From Candidatus Hydrothermarchaeota archaeon (GTDB lineage Archaea > Hydrothermarchaeota > Hydrothermarchaeia > Hydrothermarchaeales > BMS3B), in the NCBI GenBank assembly GCA_015521565.1, contig WANX01000078.1, positions 1 to 60,125 of the forward strand: a stretch of 60,125 bases of DNA. The letters are read 5' to 3'. Position 1 is the stretch's first letter. Each line of letters opens with the position of its first letter. The notes beneath the pieces were generated by a model. It was not told the origin of the DNA. It saw only the letters and a list, made by a program, of their open reading frames with translations, and ran no database searches. Position numbers and translations under genes: made by a program. Below, piece by piece: positions 19,397 through 27,978 of this stretch.

Positions 19397-19681
19397 TCAC
19401 CACTCCTGTATCTCCCTGAGAAAGTTCTCAACCTTGGCACGCCGATACTCGCCATTCTCGATTTCGTCCCAGGCTTTGCTTACCTCCTCAAGCACTCTGA
19501 GGTCCTCTTCTCCGATGGGGCTCCTTATGGGCTTCATTATTATCATCCCCCTGCTCACATCCACAGCCAGAGGCATGCCGGGTTCAAGTTTCAGAGTCTC
19601 CCTTATAACCTTGGGTATTACCACCTGACCTTTACTGCTTAGCCGTGCAATCTCCGGGATTTTTATTTTTCTCCTGACCAT
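19397..19681 (-). CDS. AbrB/MazE/SpoVT-family DNA-binding protein
   Basis: RLSSKGQVVIPKVIRETLKLEPG is the SpoVT-AbrB motif. Lies directly downstream of ogt with no spacer. Confidence 0.7.
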   Translation of the reverse strand: MVRRKIKIPEIARLSSKGQVVIPKVIRETLKLEPGMPLAVDVSRGMIIMKPIRSPIGEEDLRVLEEVSKAWDEIENGEYRRAKVENFLREIQEW

Positions 19682-20188
19682 CTAATTGTGATCCGGTTTT
19701 TTTGACTCTCCCTCTATTTTAAGCAGAGCTTCTTTAACCTCTTTGCCGAGAGGATAAAATCCCATGAGAGTGCCCTTCTTGGTTACGAGCCTATGGCAGG
19801 GAATTAAAATCTGAAAGGGATTCCTCATCAAAGCCACAAGCATCTCCACATACTTAACTCCGCTCATTTTTGCAATCTCAGAATATGTAGCAACTTTTCC
19901 TTTTGGAATTTCCGTAATTCTTTCATAAACCCTCCTGTTCCTGTATTCAAACTCCGGCAATGTGAATTTTTCACCCCTAATTACAACGCTCCTCAGCTTT
20001 TCGCTAAGCCAGTTCTCCAGCTCTTTTGATTCCGAAATACTCCCCTTCAAATTGTGATATTCGCATATCCTGTGCATGTGCTTTCTGGCTTTTTCCTTTG
20101 AATAGTGCCAAGCGTAGGCTAAAGCTTTGCCATCCTTAACGAGAAAAAGAACCTCAACCTCGAAGCCGAAGAGGTTCACTTTAACCAC
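19682..20188 (-). CDS. ogt: methylated-DNA-protein-cysteine methyltransferase
   Basis: IPKGKVATYSEIA and the active-site IPCHRLV motif. AT-rich islet. Confidence 0.85.
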   Translation of the reverse strand: MVKVNLFGFEVEVLFLVKDGKALAYAWHYSKEKARKHMHRICEYHNLKGSISESKELENWLSEKLRSVVIRGEKFTLPEFEYRNRRVYERITEIPKGKVATYSEIAKMSGVKYVEMLVALMRNPFQILIPCHRLVTKKGTLMGFYPLGKEVKEALLKIEGESKKPDHN

Positions 20189-20390
20189 CCATTAAATTCG
20201 TATTGCTCTCCCTATCAATTTCTTCATACCTTCTTTAATTATCCACGTATTTTTATTCTTTACTTTTGCCCATCTCTTCATAAACTCAAAAACCGGCTCT
20301 GGTATCCTTCGTTATCTCTCAAAGCACGCTTTAAAAGGCTGGTGGAATTTGGGCAAATCCTTATAAACCCTCTCTCCAAACCCTCTTCCG

Positions 20391-20723
20391 ATGCTCTTCC
20401 AGAGGTTGCCGGTGGTGGGTGCAGCCTTTCTGCTGATGCTCGCCGGCTGCGCCAGTGGGGATGCCGGGGAGGAGCGAGGGGCGGCTGTACCGCAGACACA
20501 GGAGCCGCAGCCCCAGGAGGCTGAGCCACAGAAGGAGGAGGTGCTGCACGGCGTGGGCAGGTGCGACCAGTGCCACGAGGCTCTGAGCCTGGAGGATATC
20601 CGCGCTGGAGTGCACGAGCAGGGCTTTGCGCTGTTTGAGGGGCACAGAGAGTTCTGCAGGGAGTGCCACGACGTCGAGGAGACCTGCACCCGCTGCCACG
20701 GCATGCCGGAAGGTGTGCAGTAG
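20391..20723 (+). CDS. small triheme c-type cytochrome lipoprotein (c7-like)
   Basis: Signal peptide with lipobox LLMLAGC. Three CxxCH motifs (CDQCH, CRECH, CTRCH), each preceded by a free His (LHGVG, GVHEQ, EGHRE). The mature protein is about 87 aa. Confidence 0.7.
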   Translation: MLFQRLPVVGAAFLLMLAGCASGDAGEERGAAVPQTQEPQPQEAEPQKEEVLHGVGRCDQCHEALSLEDIRAGVHEQGFALFEGHREFCRECHDVEETCTRCHGMPEGVQ

Positions 20724-20803
20724 GCTGCACTTTTCCGGTGCTCTGCCAGAATATTTTAGTGTCTCAATAGCGGCATACAAAAGGATGGGGCCGGGGAAGG
20801 CGC

Positions 20804-21280
20804 GTGCAACTCCATGAAATCCGAAGAAAAATACTTGAGGCCGTGGTGACATATAAATCCAAAGGTGGTTGGTTGAACCGCGACACCGGCTTCCTGACAG
20901 ATAAGCAACTCAAAATACTGGAGCTGCGTGCTCAGGGTTACAAGCAGCGTGAGATAGCTGAGCTTCTGGGTACAAGCCGCGAAAATGTTGCCATTCTGGA
21001 GAAACGCGCCAGAGAAAATGTGGAAAAAGCCCGGCGCACAATTCTCGCCTTTGAGAAGCTCTCTCCTGTGAGAGTGGCCCTGGAAGAGGGGGAAGACCTC
21101 TTTCAGGCACCTGAAAAAATTCTGCGCATGGCAGACAGACACGGAATAAAGGTGGTTCACAACAAGACCTCCCTCATAGGCATGCTCAGAAGACACGGCG
21201 GAGGCAGAATTCAGGGAAACCGCATCATCTCCAGGATTGAGGTTTCCCTCTTGAGGAGCGGAAGAATTGTGGTGGAGTAG
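20804..21280 (+). CDS. tfx: Tfx-family DNA-binding protein (LuxR/sigma-70 region 4-like HTH)
   Basis: FLTDKQLKILELRAQGYKQREIAELLGTSRENVAILEKRARENVEKAR matches archaeal Tfx. The start may be TTG 20873, which follows AAGGTGG. Confidence 0.75.
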   Translation: MQLHEIRRKILEAVVTYKSKGGWLNRDTGFLTDKQLKILELRAQGYKQREIAELLGTSRENVAILEKRARENVEKARRTILAFEKLSPVRVALEEGEDLFQAPEKILRMADRHGIKVVHNKTSLIGMLRRHGGGRIQGNRIISRIEVSLLRSGRIVVE

Positions 21281-21281
21281 C

Positions 21282-21638
21282 ATGATTCTGGAGTATCTGA
21301 GAAAATCCCTGCCCGTACCCAACGGCTGCTGCGGTGTCGAATTTCCCTCCGGCAGGGAAGAATCAGAGGCGGCGCTGCTGAAAGCGCTGGAGGAGATAAC
21401 CGGGCGCAGGTGGGTCAACACCCTCAGCGTCTTCGAAGACCTGAACGGAGGGCGACTTATAGTGCACCACTTTCCACGAAATCTGCGCAGAGCTGAGCGG
21501 CTTGGAATACACCGGCTTCCGGCACTTGTGTTCGGAGGGGATGTTCTCATCAGCGGCGACATCAGCTATAAGGAAATAAGGGCCATACTGGAAGAGGCGT
21601 TAAATAGGCAGGATACAACTGAAAACAATTTTAAATAG
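21282..21638 (+). CDS. thioredoxin-fold-like small protein, hypothetical
   Basis: ATG lies 1 nt after the tfx stop. LPALVFGGDVLISGDISYKEIRAILEEAL resembles the C-terminus of Thioredoxin_3/glutaredoxin-like proteins. The N-terminal GCCG is atypical. Confidence 0.4.
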   Translation: MILEYLRKSLPVPNGCCGVEFPSGREESEAALLKALEEITGRRWVNTLSVFEDLNGGRLIVHHFPRNLRRAERLGIHRLPALVFGGDVLISGDISYKEIRAILEEALNRQDTTENNFK

Positions 21639-21679
21639 AATGAATTAATTTTTTATTGTTATAAATATTTACTTTTTAG

Positions 21680-22873
21680 ATGCAGATAGGGGACTACAGA
21701 TTTGACAGGGTTGAAGCTGCAGGGTCGCTGGGTGACCTGGGCACACTCCTGCCCCTCGCCCTGGGGATGATTCTCCTGAATGGCGTCAGCGCTGTTGGCA
21801 TATTCTTCATGGTGGGGCTCTTCTACATCATGGCAGGGATATACTACCGCATCCCCATGCCGGTGCAGCCCATGAAGGTAATAGGTGCCTATGCCATAGC
21901 AAGCTACGCCCTTATAACCCCTGACACAATCTACGCCGCCGCCCTGCTGGTTGGTGTTATACTCCTGCTTCTGGGCATCACGGGTCTAATAGAGCTGAGC
22001 CGATATGTGCCCAGAACAGTGGTCAGGGGGGTGCAGCTCAGCGTCGGCACTCTTCTGCTGGTGCGCGGAATCGAATTCATTCTCGCACCACCACGCTCTG
22101 AACTGGTGCCTGAGTATCAGGGTTCTCTGGCGCTGCTCAGCATCGCCGGGGTAAGCGCCTACACTCTGATAGGACTCTTCGGGCTGCTGCTTGCGTACCT
22201 CCTGCTGGAGAATCGCAAAGCCCCTGCAGCACTCATCCTTGTGCTCGGAGGCTTTCTGGTGGGCTTTGCCTTTCAGCAGCCACGCATTTCACCCGGCTTC
22301 CACCTCCCACAGCCCGTATTTCTGGACGGTTTTCCCGACGCTGAAGACTTTCTCACCGCCCTCTTCCTGCTGGTTCTGCCGCAGATACCCATGACCCTCG
22401 GCAATGCGGTAATAGCCCAGCACGACCTGGCAAAGAACTACTTCGGCAGAAGGGCGGAGCGTGTCACCTACAGGGCACTTGCCACAAGCCAGGGTCTGGC
22501 AAACCTCGGCAGCTTCCTGCTCCAGGGCATGCCCATGTGCCACGGTGCCGGCGGACTGGCGGCCCACTACAGATTCGGAGCGCGCACAGCCGGCAACAAC
22601 ATCATAATAGGAGGATTCTTCCTTGCAATCGCAATTCTCTTTGGAGAAAGTGCTGTGGAAATAATAAAACTGCTGCCCTTCTCCATACTTGGGGTACTGC
22701 TTTTCATCGCCGGCGCAGAACTGATGACAATGATAAAGGACCTGAAGGGGAAGAGGGAATTTTACGTTCCTCTGGTGATGCTGGGCATAACTCTTGTAAG
22801 CAACCTTGCCTGGGCCTTTGCATGCGGTCTGGTGCTTGCCTACCTCCTCAAATACGAAAAGATAAAAGTATAA
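21680..22873 (+). CDS. MOT1-family putative molybdate/sulfate transporter
   Basis: GSLGDLGTLLPLALGM and the PMPVQPMKVIGAYAI motif, a multi-TM protein, and CHGAGGLAAHYRFGART near the C-terminal half. Confidence 0.75.
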   Translation: MQIGDYRFDRVEAAGSLGDLGTLLPLALGMILLNGVSAVGIFFMVGLFYIMAGIYYRIPMPVQPMKVIGAYAIASYALITPDTIYAAALLVGVILLLLGITGLIELSRYVPRTVVRGVQLSVGTLLLVRGIEFILAPPRSELVPEYQGSLALLSIAGVSAYTLIGLFGLLLAYLLLENRKAPAALILVLGGFLVGFAFQQPRISPGFHLPQPVFLDGFPDAEDFLTALFLLVLPQIPMTLGNAVIAQHDLAKNYFGRRAERVTYRALATSQGLANLGSFLLQGMPMCHGAGGLAAHYRFGARTAGNNIIIGGFFLAIAILFGESAVEIIKLLPFSILGVLLFIAGAELMTMIKDLKGKREFYVPLVMLGITLVSNLAWAFACGLVLAYLLKYEKIKV

Positions 22874-22960
22874 TCGCTCCTGCTTCTCTAAAAATGTAAA
22901 CTTAAATGTGCATCCATGTAAACTAAATAATTATCTGCAATGAAATTTACAGATTATAAT

Positions 22961-23007
22961 GCCCAGGGAGATAGAGTTTAACTACTTTTTCTTTATCATC
23001 CCTGGGC
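22961..23007. terminator. 9-bp perfect inverted repeat in a convergent intergenic region
   Basis: gcccaggga (22961-22969) pairs with tccctgggc (22999-23007). The 29-nt loop contains a T-rich stretch. Lies between the 3' ends of the transporter gene and ileS. Confidence 0.35.
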
Positions 23008-23049
23008 CTCCTCCCTCCCAACCGCCATATAATATGTGTGGCGAAGCTA

Positions 23050-26000
23050 TCACGCTTCTTTTATTGAGATTCTGAACTCCCTGCCGGCGATCTTCCAGGT
23101 CTTCTCGTAGCCCTCGTGGGCAAGCTGTGTGGCTATCTCCAGCTGCTTTGAGCGGGTTTCTCGCGCGATGTAATCGCGCTGCGCTTCCAGGTAAGCCACA
23201 ATTTCCTCATCTGCAACGCTCACCCTCGTGGAGATATAAGCCTCCACTGCCAGGTCGAGCTCCTTGCGCATCTCCTGTATCCTGCGCACAACCTCGCGGG
23301 CAAAGCCAAGCTCGAGGATCTCCCTCGTCTTCGTGGCGTCGATGTATACAACGCCGTGCTCAAAGCTCGCCTTCGCCATATGCTCGGGCAGGCGCTTGCT
23401 GAAGCTCACGTGCTTCTCGGTTATGAGCACCTCCTCGCCAGCCGCGGTGAGAGGATATCCGCCCCTCTGCATACCCTCGTGCAGCTTCCTGGCGTCTGCG
23501 CTGCGTATCGCCTCCGCAACCTTGCCGGCGAGCGCTTTAAACTCCGGCCCAAGCGCAGCGAAGTTCGGCTCAGCAACGAGCTCAACCTCAGCCGGCTCCT
23601 CCCCCGGCGGGAGAATCTCAAGCTTCAGCGCATTTCCCTGCCTCCTTATCAGCTCCTCAAGCTGCTGCGCGGCCTCCGCCGCCTCCTCATCCCCGGGGGA
23701 GAATATCAGCCTCAGCACAGGCCAGCGCCGCTTCACGCCCAGCTTCTCCCTGGCGCTGGCAGTGGCCTCGACTATTCCACGAGCCACGAGCATCGCACGC
23801 TCAAGCTCCTCATCTATGAGCTCCTCCTGGGGCGATGGGAACCTCTCGAGGTGGACGCTCTCCTCGCCTATGCCCAAGCTTCTGACCAGGTTCTGATAAA
23901 TCTCCTCGCTCACATGCGGCGCAATCGGCGCGAGCAGCTTCGCGAGGTTGCACAGCACGCTGTAGAGCGCCGAGTAGGCGGCGATCTTATCGATGCTCTC
24001 CCTCTCCTCCCAGGTGCGCGGTCTGACAAGCGTTATGTACCACCTGCTCAGGTCCTCAACTATGAACTCGTTCAGGGCGCGCGTAGCGCGGTACAGGTGC
24101 AGCGTTTCAAAGGCCTCGTTTACTTCGCGAATCACAGAGTTGAGCCTGGAGAGAATCCACCTGTCCTCGCTGCGGTAGTGCTCGCTCAGGTTGCGGGGCA
24201 GCTTCTCCGGAGTAAAGCTGTCGAGGCTCATGTAGGTGGTGGCGAACACGTAGACGTTCCACAGAATGTTGAACATCTTGGCTACCACCCTGACCTCCTC
24301 CCAGTTGAAGCGCAGGTCCTCCCAGGGCTTGTTCGCCCAGAGCACGTAGAAGCGCAGCACGTCAGCGGAGAAGCGCTCTATCACCTCCTCGGGGGTGACA
24401 ACGTTGCCCAGGCTCTTGCTCATCTTCTCCCCCTTCTCGTCCAGGGTGAAGCCGTGCATAAGCACGCGGCGATAGGGAACCTCGTCGAAGGCAAGCAGAC
24501 CGCAGCCCAGCTGGGAGTAGAACCACCCTCGCGTCTGGTCGTGCCCCTCGGTGATGAAGTCCACCGGGTAGAGGGAGCGGAAGGGCTCCTCCCTCGCGGG
24601 GTAGCCCAGCGATGCCCATGCAGCTACGCCAGAGTCGAACCACACGTCGAGCACGTCGCTAACGCGGCGCTTCTCGCCGCCGCACTCGCACGGGAAGCTC
24701 ACATCCACGTGGGGGCGGTGCAGCTCCTTCACCTTCCCCGCCTTTTCCTCAAGCTCAGCCTTTGAGGCTATAACCTCCATGCTCCCGCACCTATCGCAGA
24801 GCCAGACCGGGAGGGGAATCCCCCAGTAGCGCTGCCTGGAAATCGTCCAGTCGCGCGCATTTGAAATCCAGTCCCTGAAGCGGGCGCTTCCCGCCCATCC
24901 GGGAATCCACTCCACCCGCTCTATCTCTGAGAGCATCCTCTCCTTCAGCTTTGTAATTGCAATAAACCACTGCTCAGTGGCGCGGTAGATTATCGCTGTT
25001 TTGCACCGCCAGCAGTGGCCGTAGCGGTGCGTTATGTGCTCAGCCTTGAGAAGCAGGCCTTTCTTGCTCAAATCCTGGATTATCACCCTGTCGTCCCTCT
25101 TCGTCCTGTAGCCCGCGTACTTGCCCGCAAGCTCGGTGAACCTCCCCTCCTCATCCACAGGGCACAGCGCGGGTATGCCGTAGCGCTTCGCAGCCTCGAA
25201 GTCCTCCGGCCCATGCCCGGGGGCGCAGTGCACCAGGCCGGTGCCTTCACCAAGAGTTACAAAGTCGGCCAGGATTACCCTGTATGCGTTCTCCGGGGCT
25301 TCAACCTTTATGTAGTCCTTCAGCGGATTCTCGTAGCGCAGCCCCTCCAACTCCCTGCCCCTGAACTCCTCCACAATTTTATAGCTTAGACCGAACTTCT
25401 CCTTCAGCAGGTGCACCAGCTCCTTTGCTATTACAAGCCTGCCCTGCTTCGTCTCCACCTTTACGTACTCGAACTCCGGATGCACCGCCACTGCGAGGTT
25501 GCCTACCAGCGTCCAGGGCGTGGTGGTCCAGATGAGCAGGTACTCCTTCTCTGCTCCCAGGATGGGGAACTTCACATAGATGCTCGGGTCGGTGCGCTCC
25601 CTGTACTCAATCTCGGCCTCCGCCAGCGCAGTTTCGCAGCGCGGGCACCAGGTCACGACGCGCAGGTCTCGCGTGAGGAGGCCCTTCTCATGCGCCCGCT
25701 TTATGGTCCACCAGGCTGATTCGATGTACTCGTCCCTGAGCGTCATGTATGGCTCCTCCCAGTCCATCCACACCCCGAGGCGCCTGAACTGGGAGGTCAT
25801 TATCTCCACATGCCGCAGCGCCCAGCTCCTGCACGCCTCTATAAAAGCCTCGACGTTCTCCTCAATTTCCCGCTTGTTCTTTATCCCCATCTCCTTCTCT
25901 ACCTTGACCTCTATGGGCAGGCCGTGGCAGTCCCACCCAGGCTGGCGCAGCACATTGTACCCGCGCATCGCCAGGTGGCGGAGTACAGCATCCTTAATTA

Positions 26001-26187
26001 TCTTGTTCCAGGCGGTGCCCAGGTGAATCGCACCGCTCGCATAGGGAGGGCCGTCCAGGAAGTAGTACTTTTCACCTCCCTTCAGCTTCTGCCTGCTCTT
26101 CTCATATATCCCGCGCTCCTCCCAGAACCTCTGTATCCTCTCCTCCAGCTTTCTGAAGTCCACCCTTCGCGGTGCCGGTGCTATCAT
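23050..26187 (-). CDS. ileS: isoleucine--tRNA ligase
   Basis: 1045 aa. HIGH region PPYASGAIHLGTA, KMSKS, a CP1 editing domain, and Zn-binding Cys clusters. Confidence 0.95.
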   Translation of the reverse strand: MIAPAPRRVDFRKLEERIQRFWEERGIYEKSRQKLKGGEKYYFLDGPPYASGAIHLGTAWNKIIKDAVLRHLAMRGYNVLRQPGWDCHGLPIEVKVEKEMGIKNKREIEENVEAFIEACRSWALRHVEIMTSQFRRLGVWMDWEEPYMTLRDEYIESAWWTIKRAHEKGLLTRDLRVVTWCPRCETALAEAEIEYRERTDPSIYVKFPILGAEKEYLLIWTTTPWTLVGNLAVAVHPEFEYVKVETKQGRLVIAKELVHLLKEKFGLSYKIVEEFRGRELEGLRYENPLKDYIKVEAPENAYRVILADFVTLGEGTGLVHCAPGHGPEDFEAAKRYGIPALCPVDEEGRFTELAGKYAGYRTKRDDRVIIQDLSKKGLLLKAEHITHRYGHCWRCKTAIIYRATEQWFIAITKLKERMLSEIERVEWIPGWAGSARFRDWISNARDWTISRQRYWGIPLPVWLCDRCGSMEVIASKAELEEKAGKVKELHRPHVDVSFPCECGGEKRRVSDVLDVWFDSGVAAWASLGYPAREEPFRSLYPVDFITEGHDQTRGWFYSQLGCGLLAFDEVPYRRVLMHGFTLDEKGEKMSKSLGNVVTPEEVIERFSADVLRFYVLWANKPWEDLRFNWEEVRVVAKMFNILWNVYVFATTYMSLDSFTPEKLPRNLSEHYRSEDRWILSRLNSVIREVNEAFETLHLYRATRALNEFIVEDLSRWYITLVRPRTWEERESIDKIAAYSALYSVLCNLAKLLAPIAPHVSEEIYQNLVRSLGIGEESVHLERFPSPQEELIDEELERAMLVARGIVEATASAREKLGVKRRWPVLRLIFSPGDEEAAEAAQQLEELIRRQGNALKLEILPPGEEPAEVELVAEPNFAALGPEFKALAGKVAEAIRSADARKLHEGMQRGGYPLTAAGEEVLITEKHVSFSKRLPEHMAKASFEHGVVYIDATKTREILELGFAREVVRRIQEMRKELDLAVEAYISTRVSVADEEIVAYLEAQRDYIARETRSKQLEIATQLAHEGYEKTWKIAGREFRISIKEA

Positions 26188-26249
26188 CAGAATCCCTCGC
26201 TATTTCAAGGAGGTTATTTTATTAAGGCTGGGGGGATATAAAGGTTAGC

Positions 26250-26612
26250 GTGGGAGAGGCAGAGGAAAAGGTGGAGCGTGCGCTGGCGCTGCTGAGTAGC
26301 GTTGAGGCAGAGAGCCTCGCAGTGAGCGAGGCGGTTGAGCTCATAGAGCTCGTAACCTCAGTGCCGGAGCTGGTGAGGCGGACCCTCAGAGAGGCGGAGG
26401 AGAGGGGCATAGTTAAGAGGGAGGGAGGCAGGCTGATTATAAGGGAGAGGGCCGCGGGCGGGAGCGTTGCGCGGGTCAGGGGAAGGGAGTGCGATGCCAG
26501 GTGCATGCGCTGCGGACGCAGAATCTCGCGGTGCTTCTTTCTCAGCCTCGCCGGTGCTGAGCTTGGCCCCCTTGGAAGTGAGTGCATCAGGAAGCTCAGG
26601 CTGGGTTTGTAG
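26250..26612 (+). CDS. hypothetical protein, wHTH-like N-terminus and Cys-rich C-terminus
   Basis: GTG start, divergent from ileS. The coherent E/R/L-rich sequence with CDARCMRCG looks more protein-like than the two overlapping minus-strand ORFs. Confidence 0.45.
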   Translation: MGEAEEKVERALALLSSVEAESLAVSEAVELIELVTSVPELVRRTLREAEERGIVKREGGRLIIRERAAGGSVARVRGRECDARCMRCGRRISRCFFLSLAGAELGPLGSECIRKLRLGL

Positions 26613-27882
26613 AATGCTCCGCAAGCCCGCTGACAGCAAATCCCGCAGCCTCAAAGGTTACCTGCACCACGCTTCCGGAGGAATTCAGGAGCGCATAGTC
26701 CACCAGGTAGATTCCCGTCTTCCCGGGCATGGAGTATTCGAACTCTACAACCCTGCTCTCACCAGGGGCAAGAGACAGGTTCATGCCAAGGTTGGCGATG
26801 ATGCGCTTTTCCGGGTCAACTACGATGAACACCACACTTCTGGAGGATACATTTACCCTGCTGGTCACATTGACCGGCACCATCGCAATGTCGCCGGGGG
26901 CGTACACCGGCACAGAATCAGGATTCTCAGCCCAGGTGAGAAGGTCCCTTATAAGAGCCAGCTCACTGCTGGAAGCCTTCCGGGTGGCGAAGGCCCAGTC
27001 GGTGTAGAGCGTCATCGCAATAACCCTGCCCTTCCCGTAGCTGTACTCTACCATTACAGGCCACTGTGAGGATTTCTTCCTCATGAGTATCCTGGCGTTC
27101 TCCGGCCACTGCGTAAAGTAGCCGTCGATGTTCGCCCTGACCTCCGGGGAATTCTGTCCGGCGAAGATCGCCTGGGAGGGGTCGGTAACTATGGCCTGAT
27201 GAGAACTAATATCCTCGCTCCAGCCGTATCCGGAGAGCTTGCCGCCGGGCAGGGCTCTGAACTCGTGGCCACCCTGCTGGGCAAAAACTATTAGCACTCC
27301 ACCTCCCGCAACGAAGTTCTCCAGGGCCTGCCTGAATCTGTCATCCTCATCCAGGCCATAGATAGCTCCTGAAGGTATCACCAGCACCTTCACATACTCC
27401 ATCGAATCCAGGGCGCTTCTGTCCACCTCTGGATAGTAAACCTTCAGGCTCTCCAGGAGCCGCGTAGTGTAGCTGTAGTAGGCATTGCGCAGCACCCGGC
27501 CGTCGAAGGCTCTCTCCCATGCTTTTATAAGCTCTTCCTGCGAGAGCACAAAGGCGCTGAATCTTGAGAAGAACTCCTCCCTTGTTTTGTTATCTATGCT
27601 CATGTTCTGAGCCGTTAGGTTCTCCACATACCGGTAGTACTCAGCAAACTCTCGTCTCAGCTCTTCCGTCCTGTTTAGGATCTCCTCATACTCCGGTGTT
27701 CTCTCATATAGCTTTGCAAAGAACATCAGCCACTCCCTCTCATCAGAAGATGCGGGAATCGCAGCCAGCTCCCCCACAGCGGTGGCATCTCTGGCTGAAA
27801 GTGTGTTGCTCTCCCCTCCGGTTGCACATCCACCTGTCAAAATTGCAACCATCACAATCCCCAGAAGGCGATGCTCGCGCAT
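26596..27882 (-). CDS. lipoprotein; GATase1/ThuA-like and CARDB-like modules; paralog of 1..1882
   Basis: Internal ATG 27882 (GGGGAG about 7 nt upstream) gives MREHRLLGIVMVAILTGGC. The remaining N-terminal part of the 639-aa track ORF is antisense to the next gene. VLVIPSGAIYGL..GGVLIVFAQQGGHEFRALPGGKLSGYGW..YGKGRVIAMTLYTDWAF. Confidence 0.75.
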   Translation of the reverse strand: MREHRLLGIVMVAILTGGCATGGESNTLSARDATAVGELAAIPASSDEREWLMFFAKLYERTPEYEEILNRTEELRREFAEYYRYVENLTAQNMSIDNKTREEFFSRFSAFVLSQEELIKAWERAFDGRVLRNAYYSYTTRLLESLKVYYPEVDRSALDSMEYVKVLVIPSGAIYGLDEDDRFRQALENFVAGGGVLIVFAQQGGHEFRALPGGKLSGYGWSEDISSHQAIVTDPSQAIFAGQNSPEVRANIDGYFTQWPENARILMRKKSSQWPVMVEYSYGKGRVIAMTLYTDWAFATRKASSSELALIRDLLTWAENPDSVPVYAPGDIAMVPVNVTSRVNVSSRSVVFIVVDPEKRIIANLGMNLSLAPGESRVVEFEYSMPGKTGIYLVDYALLNSSGSVVQVTFEAAGFAVSGLAEHSTNPA

Positions 27883-27978
27883 GGTATTCTCCCCTATTAG
27901 AGGTGATTTTGGCGGCAATATATAAGCTTCGCTCTCGATAGTAAATATTATAAGGGCTGGCGGGGTTATGAATAAGAG

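Noticed and set aside
20278-20852. Three overlapping minus-strand ORFs (130-163 aa) across the cytochrome locus
   Set aside because: They are Pro/Arg/Ala/Ser-rich with no motifs. The + strand ORF has a lipobox and three CxxCH motifs, which is unlikely by chance.
23356-24765. 469-aa + strand ORF, plus other long + ORFs at 23264..23896 and 25580..26026
   Set aside because: They are entirely antisense to ileS, whose identity is unambiguous. Their composition is Leu/Arg/Pro/Ala-rich, typical of the reverse frame of a GC-rich gene. No motifs are present.
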